Virus record (IMG/VR): IMGVR_UViG_3300002143_000235
Span: 62,001-126,000 of that record
Direction: 5' to 3' (one strand)
DNA length: 64,000 bases
The notes under the pieces were generated by a model, which saw only the letters and a program-made list of their open reading frames with translations, ran no database searches and was not told the origin of the DNA. Position 1 is the first letter of the stretch. Each line of letters begins with the position of its first letter. Made by a program: the position numbers and the translations under genes. Below are positions 10,071 through 16,788 of this stretch, piece after piece.

Positions 10071-10458
10071 TTGCTTGCTTCACTGAAGTAAGAGATGTGA
10101 TGTATTGTGTACCGCGTTCATTGCGAATGACAATACAATTCTTTGGTTTCTTTGGATTGATGTCCACAATTTTGAACGCAGTTCCTTGAAGAACAACATC
10201 ACGATCGAAGATATCGTCAGGAAGTCCATATGCCGAAGCTGCTCTACGAGCGACAGCGGAGATTGCTACACCGGAAACTGAAACAGTCTCAGATGCTGTC
10301 TTAGCTGTTATCTTTGTGTTGAACTCGTTTCCACTGTAACGAAGACCACCTGATTGAATGGATGCAAGACCGTACTTAGCTGCGATTGCTGCAAGAGCTG
10401 CATCAATTTCTTGGTGGATAGTTTTTACGTTTGCTGCGTTGAATGTTGTAACTTTCAT
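10027..10458 (-). CDS. Hypothetical protein (likely start MKVTTF at 10458)
   Basis: ATG just downstream of the promoter/leader element at 10467-10491. Confidence 0.75.
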   Translation of the reverse strand: MKVTTFNAANVKTIHQEIDAALAAIAAKYGLASIQSGGLRYSGNEFNTKITAKTASETVSVSGVAISAVARRAASAYGLPDDIFDRDVVLQGTAFKIVDINPKKPKNCIVIRNERGTQYITSLTSVKQAIGMSVGGLQFTSRI

Positions 10459-10466
10459 ATCTATAA

Positions 10467-10491
10467 TTATTAATTGAACAATACGAATATA
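10467..10491 (-). promoter_or_regulatory. Early promoter with conserved leader
   Basis: TATATTCG + TATTGTTCAATTAATAA. Confidence 0.65.
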
Positions 10492-10531
10492 GAATAAAAA
10501 AACCAAATATAAAAATATTCGGTATCTTTTT

Positions 10532-10897
10532 TTAGTTATTTTTTATGAACCATTCAATATCCATCACATGTGACTGATATTCAATGGCATCTTTCACCAT
10601 CTCAGCTTTTACTGGATTGAATGATAAGTTGTCAGTCCAGCTTGCTTCACGTTGATTTATGTCAGCAGTATTCGTTACTAGACAATACATACCTGGTTTC
10701 TCGTTATGTTGTATGTAGTAGCGTTCAACAATCTTACCATCGTTCTCAGCTACAGTCATACCAACTAAGACATGTTTATCTGTATTCAATTCTGGAAACT
10801 GTTGAACTAATTGATCGCGATACTGTTGAATATCACTGTAAAAAGAACAGAACGCTTTGTGTGATACACCAATTGTAAATGTGTTTGAAATCTTCAT
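10532..10897 (-). CDS. Hypothetical protein
   Basis: 121-aa ORF. Confidence 0.7.
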   Translation of the reverse strand: MKISNTFTIGVSHKAFCSFYSDIQQYRDQLVQQFPELNTDKHVLVGMTVAENDGKIVERYYIQHNEKPGMYCLVTNTADINQREASWTDNLSFNPVKAEMVKDAIEYQSHVMDIEWFIKNN

Positions 10898-10900
10898 AAC

Positions 10901-11872
10901 TTAAAATTCAGCGTATTCTGTATTTTTAACAGCATCAACACTATCAGAATCACCACCAGCAAGAATTTGATACATCAAGTTCTTGTGTTGACTTAATTTT
11001 TCAATTGATTTCTTCAATATCTGACCGATACGTTCACGTGTATAGTTCGTAACTGTTGCAAGATGCTCAGCAGATTTTGGATCATCTGTACCAATTCCAA
11101 ATGTTGAGATTACAATGAATGCTTCTTTTTCAGTAAGAATTGTTTCAATTGCTTTCTTAATTGATACTGTTCGTTCATTTGTATTTACTAATGAATCAGC
11201 TTTGTATTCAGAACCAGCTGCAAATGTTTGTTCTAAAGTAAAAGCACCCTCAGCATCACCTAATGTCATACTACTTGATACAAATCCTTGCTTTTGTGCA
11301 TTGATTTCATTTAACAAAGCAACAGTAAGTGTTGGTTTATTTTTTGCATCAATTGTTTGATATACATCAAAAATGTCTTCACTTGATGGTTCATAATTTC
11401 CTTCACTACGAAGAATATCCGTAGCAACACGAACATATTTTTTAACCATGAATCGACTTCCTGGTTGGGCAATGTCTGAACCTGTTGTATTTGAGAATTC
11501 ATTTAATTCACGACGAATATAGAATGAAGTAAAATACAAAAATCCAGCATTTTGTTCATTATTTGGATTGTATTTATCAAATGCTGTTAAAAGTGCAATG
11601 TTTCCTTCGTTGATAAGATCAGCTAATGTGATCTTTTTTGTTTCATACTGTTTCGCAACAGTTACTACCCATCTCAAATGCGCCATAATTAAACGATGTT
11701 TGATTTCAGGATTTTGAGTTAATATATATTCGTTAAACATTCTTTTTTCAACAGCTTTATCAATCGGATTACATAACGGATTTGTTCGAATCTCTGCTAG
11801 ATATAAATGCAAAGACGTTTGATCTCTTGATGTAATCTTTTGTGTGATATTAATGATTGTACTTTTTGACAT
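10901..11872 (-). CDS. Sigma70-family RNA polymerase sigma factor (RpoD/RpoH-like)
   Basis: Region 1.2 LHLYLAEIR; region 2 LIMAHLRWVVTVAKQY...DLINEGNIALLTAFDKYNP; region 4 HTH LTEKEAFIV...TRERIGQILKKSIEKL. Confidence 0.85.
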   Translation of the reverse strand: MSKSTIINITQKITSRDQTSLHLYLAEIRTNPLCNPIDKAVEKRMFNEYILTQNPEIKHRLIMAHLRWVVTVAKQYETKKITLADLINEGNIALLTAFDKYNPNNEQNAGFLYFTSFYIRRELNEFSNTTGSDIAQPGSRFMVKKYVRVATDILRSEGNYEPSSEDIFDVYQTIDAKNKPTLTVALLNEINAQKQGFVSSSMTLGDAEGAFTLEQTFAAGSEYKADSLVNTNERTVSIKKAIETILTEKEAFIVISTFGIGTDDPKSAEHLATVTNYTRERIGQILKKSIEKLSQHKNLMYQILAGGDSDSVDAVKNTEYAEF

Positions 11873-11914
11873 TATTAATTGTATTAAGTTATTGAATATT
11901 GTTTTTACTGTTAC

Positions 11915-12307
11915 TTATAGCCACTTGAAGTTGATATTTAAAGCTTTAACGATACGCAATACTTCATTATTATATTCTCCAAATGAACCCTTTGTAAGGG
12001 TTATTCCAGAACCCCAACATACAACATGTGGTTCATTATAATCGATTTCTCCACTGTAAGCCGTTGCCACAAAAGTATAAGATAACGTTCCGTTACAGAT
12101 GTTTGTGTACACATTGATAAGATCTTTAGGATTGACTGTGATGCCTGTTTCTTCTTTCAGTTCACGAACAGCACAGTCTTCAATAGTGATATCACAGTCT
12201 TCCATTTTTCCTCCCGGAATTCCTATATCTAAATGATTATTTTTTCTTGAAACTGATAAAATGAAGCCTTCGTCATTTATCACAATTATTTGTGCGGTTT
12301 TTTTCAT
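11915..12307 (-). CDS. Nudix hydrolase
   Basis: PGGKMEDCDITIEDCAVRELKEETGI. Confidence 0.9.
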   Translation of the reverse strand: MKKTAQIIVINDEGFILSVSRKNNHLDIGIPGGKMEDCDITIEDCAVRELKEETGITVNPKDLINVYTNICNGTLSYTFVATAYSGEIDYNEPHVVCWGSGITLTKGSFGEYNNEVLRIVKALNINFKWL

Positions 12308-12370
12308 AAGACAAATATAGAACTTTTTTTCAATCTTGATTTCTTTAAATGAAAAAAAATATGAAATAAA

Positions 12371-12393
12371 AAGCCGGTATTAAAAACCGGCTT
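12371..12393 (-). terminator. Intrinsic terminator
   Basis: AAGCCGGT/ACCGGCTT hairpin with T-run on the minus strand. Confidence 0.65.
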
Positions 12394-12410
12394 CAATATC
12401 AATGTGTTAG

Positions 12411-12599
12411 TTAATTAAATTTCTGTACATATGTATAAGCTGATACAGCTAAGGTGTGCTGAAAATCTTGTTTTGTTGCAGCTAATGGTAAATGAAATCC
12501 AATATTAATCCAAATAATGTCATCTTCAAAAGATAATTCACTTTGCCAATAACAAAATCCGTATAAATACCAATGATTCTTAACCAATGCACTTTTCAT
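12411..12599 (-). CDS. Hypothetical protein
   Basis: 62-aa ORF. Confidence 0.45.
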   Translation of the reverse strand: MKSALVKNHWYLYGFCYWQSELSFEDDIIWINIGFHLPLAATKQDFQHTLAVSAYTYVQKFN

Positions 12600-12602
12600 A
12601 TT

Positions 12603-12944
12603 TTACAATTTAATGAGTTCTTCATTCTTTATTGCCTTGCGTACATAACGCATAAGTGTGATTGCTTTAATTTCTGCATCAAATGAAGTAGTTCCTACGT
12701 CTTCTCTGTCATTCATATCAACAGTAAATTGATATGAACCATCAGATGTGTTGACTTGATAATAAAGTACTCCTGCAATAGCATGTGTAATCTTTGCCAT
12801 GTTACCTGCTGTAACAATGGTCTTCAAAATGGTTGTAGTTTCCATTTGGCTATATTTAAAATTTAGCGGAACACACCTGGTAATGATCCAGTTACAACTT
12901 CTCGTTGTGTATTCTATATGTTTATCTATGATAACATGTTTCAT
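12603..12944 (-). CDS. Hypothetical protein
   Basis: 113-aa ORF. Confidence 0.6.
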   Translation of the reverse strand: MKHVIIDKHIEYTTRSCNWIITRCVPLNFKYSQMETTTILKTIVTAGNMAKITHAIAGVLYYQVNTSDGSYQFTVDMNDREDVGTTSFDAEIKAITLMRYVRKAIKNEELIKL

Positions 12945-13733
12945 AAAAATCTTGCATATTTTTTTTCATGAAACGTTTTACATTAGGATGTGTAATATTT
13001 AAAATTATTGAAACTTTACACATCCAACCAATTTTTAGAAAATCAATTTTTGAATTTAAAATTAATTGAATCCTGTTATTAATTTTTTCTAGTTTATCTT
13101 GTTCTTTTTTATTTTTTTCTTCTCTAGCTTCTCTGATTTTCTGTTCTTTATAATATTGTTTTGTAAGAAATTCAGAAGGTATTTCAATTTTTTTTTTATC
13201 AAGTAATTGTAAAATTTTATTAATAGCTGTATAAATATTATTATTAATATCTTTTGCTGATATTCTTAATGTTTTCCATCCACTACCACGTAAAAAATCA
13301 TCACGTCGTTTATCAATTTCTATAACTTTTTTTTGTAAATGTGTACTTCCATCAATTTCAACACATAATTTATATTCAGGAAAAGCAAAATCAAGTTGAT
13401 ATATTGAAAATTGCATTTGATGAATCCAACCAGTTATATTATACTCTGTAAGATATTTTATCATTGTTAATTCTGGATAACTTATTTTACTACTATGATT
13501 AAGTAAATATGGAACTTTATCTGGATTGTTTTTTAAATATTCTGTCCTTGATTTTGATATTTTTTGTTTATGTTCTTCTGTTAATTTACGACCAGTATTA
13601 AAAATTCGTAATTTTTGTTTTTTTAATTCTAATTTTATAAAATAATTAGGATCACTTTTACAATTTGGTTTATGACCGCCTAATTTTTGTCCTGAAAAAA
13701 TATTAAATTACAATATTCACATATATGACTCAT
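12922..13733 (-). pseudogene. Homing-endonuclease-like gene (Zn finger + NUMOD3 + DUF559/Vsr-like nuclease) frameshifted at a T6 run
   Basis: ATG 13733 gives MSHICEYCNLIFF then stop; the -1 frame continues SGQKLGGHKPNC...GRKLTEEHKQKIS...LDFAFPEYKLCVEIDGSTH, in frame with track ORF 12922..13464. Confidence 0.7.
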
Positions 13734-13794
13734 AGTTTTTATTATTATATATCAACTATGAACTCTTTCAAAATTAATTAGTAGATTGCTTGTG

Positions 13795-13866
13795 TTCTCC
13801 CACCTGGAGTCGAACCAGGTTCCATAGATTAAAAGTCTATTGCATCACCACCAATGCTTTGAAAGA
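13795..13866 (-). tRNA. trnK: tRNA-Lys(UUU)
   Basis: Cloverleaf, ATAGA-CTTTTAA-TCTAT, T-arm CCTGG-TTCGACT-CCAGG; CCA not encoded. Confidence 0.9.
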
Positions 13867-13878
13867 TTAATATTAGTA

Positions 13879-13917
13879 GCATTGGTGCGGTGCTTTAACC
13901 AACTAAGCTACGAGGTC
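13879..13917 (-). pseudogene. 5' half-tRNA remnant
   Basis: GACCTCG-TA-GCTTAGTTGGTTAAAGC-A-CCGCAC, with no T arm or acceptor 3' strand. Confidence 0.55.
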
Positions 13918-13971
13918 ATTATAATGCCAACTCCGTAACTTAATTACTGAGCTGGCTAAATCTTATATGTC

Positions 13972-14208
13972 TTAATCTTTTTCATTTTTGTATTGTGTTT
14001 TTCTGTTGTGTTTCCAGCTTTGGTACATTCTTTGTTGCCACCGCATTAATCGTTTGTTTGAACTTTTTGCCCATCTATTTGGTATTAGTGGATAAAATGC
14101 TATACATTCATCCCAATAGATTGGATATAATTCGTCCATAAGAATACGTCTGTACTCTTTCCCATTTTGTGCCAAATCAAATTTAGCACGTCTTTTGTTG
14201 ATACTCAT
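13972..14208 (-). CDS. Basic 78-aa protein embedded in the tRNA operon
   Basis: Arg/Lys/Trp-rich, ends SWKHNRKTQYK. Confidence 0.65.
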   Translation of the reverse strand: MSINKRRAKFDLAQNGKEYRRILMDELYPIYWDECIAFYPLIPNRWAKSSNKRLMRWQQRMYQSWKHNRKTQYKNEKD

Positions 14209-14261
14209 TGTGTTGTAGGTTTAATTTACCTTACAACGCATCAAATTTCTTTTTCATCTTG

Positions 14262-14348
14262 GGTGTATAACGAGAATTGCACTCGCAAGCCCTTTCGAGC
14301 ACTTGTTTCACAGACAAGCCAGACTAACTAATATCCTGCTTATACACC
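14262..14348 (-). tRNA. trnH: Atypical tRNA-His(GUG) with long variable arm
   Basis: G-1:C73 8-bp acceptor GGTGTATA/TATACACC, CTTGT-CTGTGAA-ACAAG, 15-nt variable arm with GCTC-GAAA-GGGC, T-loop TGCAATT. Confidence 0.75.
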
Positions 14349-14358
14349 ATATATTTAG

Positions 14359-14431
14359 TGGAGAGAAATGGATTTGAACCATTGACCAGAGTCTCCACGA
14401 CTCCTGCTCTACCAGGCTGAGCTACCTCTCC
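14359..14431 (-). tRNA. tRNA with Pro(UGG)-position anticodon but atypical loop CGTGGAG
   Basis: Full cloverleaf; G33 instead of U33, G1-C72 instead of the bacterial Pro C1-G72. Confidence 0.65.
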
Positions 14432-14440
14432 AATTTAATG

Positions 14441-14513
14441 CTCCCCAAACTGGGTTCGAACCAGTGACCTTACGATTAACAGTCGCATGCTCTACCAACT
14501 GAGCTACTGAGGA
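14441..14513 (-). tRNA. trnN: tRNA-Asn(GUU)
   Basis: Cloverleaf, TGCGA-CTGTTAA-TCGTA, G73. Confidence 0.92.
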
Positions 14514-14574
14514 ATATAGCGTCTATGTAGAAGTGCACTTCTTTGTGAGCCATAGACGGCTTTGTTCACATTTG

Positions 14575-14649
14575 TGCGTCCCCAGGGAATCGAACCCTGA
14601 CCGATGGTTTTTCAGACCAACGTGCTCTACCAGTTTACACCAGAGACGC
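14575..14649 (-). tRNA. trnF: tRNA-Phe(GAA)
   Basis: Cloverleaf, TTGGT-CTGAAAA-ACCAT (one mismatch), A73. Confidence 0.88.
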
Positions 14650-14673
14650 ATTTATTATACAAAAATGTCGCGG

Positions 14674-14746
14674 CACACCAGGCAAGACTCGAACTTGCAA
14701 CCAACGGTTTTGGAGACCGTCATTCTACCGATTGAACTACTGATGT
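14674..14746 (-). tRNA. trnW: tRNA-Trp(CCA)
   Basis: Cloverleaf, ACGGT-CTCCAAA-ACCGT, G73. Confidence 0.92.
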
Positions 14747-14751
14747 GTATT

Positions 14752-14784
14752 AAAAAAAAAAATCCCAGCTTTTCGGCTGGGATT
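14752..14784 (-). terminator. Intrinsic terminator 5 nt upstream of tRNA-Trp (candidate attenuator 3:4 hairpin)
   Basis: AATCCCAGC-CGAAAA-GCTGGGATT followed by a 9-T run. Confidence 0.85.
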
Positions 14785-14817
14785 CAAATTTCTTTTAGAT
14801 GTGTTTCGTTTTCTAAA

Positions 14818-14895
14818 CTAAATTAATTCTTCCGAGCCTGAGTCGTTTGACCAGAACTTAAAATTGTTATTATTATGTTTATTAAATGTTTTCAT
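14818..14895 (-). CDS. Candidate 25-aa leader peptide MKTFNKHNNNNFKFWSNDSGSEELI
   Basis: ATG at 14895 in A-rich context (CAAAG-ATG), TAG at 14820-14818, 33 nt before the terminator. Confidence 0.6.
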   Translation of the reverse strand: MKTFNKHNNNNFKFWSNDSGSEELI

Positions 14896-14906
14896 CTTTG
14901 TAATGT

Positions 14907-14955
14907 TATATATGTAATTTTTGTTTCTCTTTCTTGTAATTATAAGACAAATATA
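14907..14955 (-). promoter_or_regulatory. Tandem promoters (TATATTTG at 14948-14955; ATATATA at 14907-14913) upstream of the leader peptide
   Basis: Match the two motif classes recurring across the window. Confidence 0.55.
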
Positions 14956-15015
14956 CAGAAAAGTTTTTAATTATAAAAATTTATTTTAAAAACTTTTCTA
15001 TAAAATGTTTTTTTG

Positions 15016-15102
15016 AAGCGCAGGGCCGAGTCGAACGTCCACAAGGGTTATAAGCCTACCATGGTTATGAGCCACGAATGTTACCAATTACATCACCGCG
15101 CA
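15016..15102 (-). tRNA. Atypical tRNA with CAU anticodon and 19-nt variable region (Met-like)
   Basis: CGTGG-CTCATAA-CCATG; 1:72 T/T mismatch; T-stem has one mismatch. Confidence 0.6.
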
Positions 15103-15212
15103 GAACATATAGAAGCAATTCCTCACATCTTTATGTTTATTTGTATGTTATATATCTTTTTTTAAAAAAAGATTAATATGTTTTAAAAAATACATTAAAC
15201 TTTTTAATTTTG

Positions 15213-15278
15213 TAGGGGTGGATGGAATTTAACCACCGACCTTTCATTCGAACACTCTAACAACTGAGCTACACCCCT
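15213..15278 (-). ncRNA. tRNA-like RNA with truncated anticodon arm
   Basis: Perfect acceptor AGGGGTG/CACCCCT, D and T arms present; anticodon arm only TTC-GAAT-GAA. Confidence 0.65.
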
Positions 15279-15355
15279 ATAATATTTTTCCTTATACGTT
15301 TGCAACCATATAAGGCGACAAGTTTTCGACCGAAGTCTTCGTATCCATTGTTACT

Positions 15356-15427
15356 AATGATAAATCAGATTCGCACTGACGTCCTCCCGCTTTCTACAGG
15401 CGCTCTACTAGACTGAGCTATTACCCC
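15356..15427 (-). ncRNA. tRNA-like RNA with 5-nt anticodon loop
   Basis: D arm GCTC/GAGC, CCTGT-AGAAA-GCGGG, T arm GTCAG-TGCGAAT-CTGAT, weak acceptor. Confidence 0.55.
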
Positions 15428-15464
15428 TCAAACATAATCAATGAACCGTTTGTTCATCCTTTTG

Positions 15465-15540
15465 GACACATGACAGGATTCGAACCTGTACTCCCTAGCC
15501 CAAATGGCGCAGAGCTCTATCCAGTTGAGCTACATGTGTC
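15465..15540 (-). ncRNA. tRNA-like RNA (Arg-type D loop) with irregular anticodon arm
   Basis: 8-bp GACACATG/CATGTGTC, D loop AACTGGATA, T arm ACAGG-TTCGAAT-CCTGT; no 5-bp/7-nt anticodon arm. Confidence 0.65.
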
Positions 15541-15665
15541 TTTTCATGTAAAAGCTATTCACATACGATTTCGATACTTACCGTGTCAGCAGTTGTCTTA
15601 ATCCGCACGAACTCTTACATTACTTTTGTATGCATACAAATTCAGATCCTGCAGGACTCTGAACA

Positions 15666-15739
15666 AAAGCAACATATGGCTCTTTACTCCATATATCTCT
15701 GACTCCACGTCAGCACTTTCCAATTTAAGCTAGATGCTT
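15666..15739 (-). ncRNA. Cryptic cloverleaf with CTGAC-GTGGA-GTCAG arm and non-canonical T loop
   Basis: Acceptor AAGCATC/GTTGCTT (6/7), D arm GCTT/AAGT, ATATGG/CCATAT T-position stem. Confidence 0.5.
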
Positions 15740-15740
15740 C

Positions 15741-15831
15741 GTGATAACAAAGGGACTCGAACCCAATTCCCCCGGCTTGCTCTCCCCTGCAAAGGGTACC
15801 ATAGCCAGTGTGCTCCATACACCACTTATCA
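15741..15831 (-). ncRNA. tRNA-like RNA with 25-nt insert in the anticodon arm
   Basis: TGATAA/TTATCA acceptor, GTGT/GCAC D stem, CTGGCT/AGCCGG stem enclosing CCCT-TTGC-AGGG, GGG-TTCGAGT-CCC T arm. Confidence 0.5.
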
Positions 15832-15884
15832 ATCCCCAGGTTTCGAACCCTGGATTATATTGGGGTAATTAGTCCCAATTTTTG

Positions 15885-15963
15885 TGGCCGGAGTAGGATT
15901 CGAACCTACGACCACAGTTCCGGAAACCCGGTAACTGTTGCTCTCCCACTGAGCTATCCAACC
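15885..15963 (-). ncRNA. tRNA-like RNA with extended anticodon arm capped by a GUUU tetraloop
   Basis: Acceptor, D and T arms canonical; ACAGT-T-A-CCGG-GTTT-CCGG-A-ACTGT. Confidence 0.7.
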
Positions 15964-15995
15964 GTTAAACACTTATTTGTGTTTGTTTGATGAAG

Positions 15996-16003
15996 CAAAT
16001 ATA
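15996..16003 (-). promoter_or_regulatory. TATATTTG promoter heading the tRNA-like array
   Basis: Matches the Bacteroidota -7 consensus, 32 nt upstream of the first element. Confidence 0.6.
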
Positions 16004-16045
16004 TGTATAATATTTGAATAATAAAAATATTTATTATTTTTTTTT

Positions 16046-16729
16046 TCATTTTCTTTTTCTAAATCCATATTTTGGATCAAAACCTTTTGCAACAACTTTC
16101 TCTTTATCAGTAAGTTGAACTTCAGACATTATTGGACGTAATTGTTCTGATATAAATGTTTGCATTTGAAGAAATGCTGCAAACGGATCTACGCATTTAT
16201 AAAAATCTATATCTTTTAAAAGCGGTTCTAATGATAAATTATGTTTTATAGAAGAAATATTATTACAAAGAATAAAAGATCCTACTTGATGTTCATGAAA
16301 TAATGTGGTAATAGATGTATTATTAAGCTGTTTGATAAATAGATCAAATGTTTCTACATTTTGTTTATTATTTAAGTATCTCCATTTGTAAATCTTTTGA
16401 CAAGTGAATAATTCACTTATAGTAGATTGATCGTAAATCCATTCATATTCAATCACATTAGTTGTTAAATTTTTACGTTCTAATCGTATTGCTGGATACA
16501 CTTTTCCAGCAAATCCAATAATATAAAAGCTACCACTATTATTATTATTAATATAGATATCATTTGGAAAATTAATATTGTTAAGATATACACTAATATT
16601 TTGGCATTCTTTCCGAGTATAAATAATATCTGAATCAATACCTAATGTATGAACTAGTCCATCATAGTAGTCTTTGTTCTTTGCTATAATTTTCATAATA
16701 CGAATATACCGATCAATTTTCAAATACAA
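16046..16729 (-). CDS. Hypothetical protein
   Basis: 227-aa ORF ending DPKYGFRKRK. Confidence 0.7.
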   Translation of the reverse strand: MYLKIDRYIRIMKIIAKNKDYYDGLVHTLGIDSDIIYTRKECQNISVYLNNINFPNDIYINNNNSGSFYIIGFAGKVYPAIRLERKNLTTNVIEYEWIYDQSTISELFTCQKIYKWRYLNNKQNVETFDLFIKQLNNTSITTLFHEHQVGSFILCNNISSIKHNLSLEPLLKDIDFYKCVDPFAAFLQMQTFISEQLRPIMSEVQLTDKEKVVAKGFDPKYGFRKRK

Positions 16730-16788
16730 AAGACCTTACATGTTTAATATATAAAGGTCAATAGAAACAAAAATAGAATACAAATAAT

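Noticed and set aside
14262-14348. tRNA-Sec/allo-tRNA assignment of the 8-bp-acceptor, long-arm tRNA
   Set aside because: The eighth pair is explained by the His G-1:C73 and the anticodon is GUG
15545-15740. tmRNA or other single large ncRNA
   Set aside because: No tmRNA acceptor ends or tag frame recognisable; the region resolves into one cloverleaf plus small hairpins
15832-15878. Seventh tRNA-like element (CCAGG-GTTCGAAA-CCTGG plus upstream hairpin)
   Set aside because: Only a T-arm-like hairpin; no D arm or full acceptor could be built
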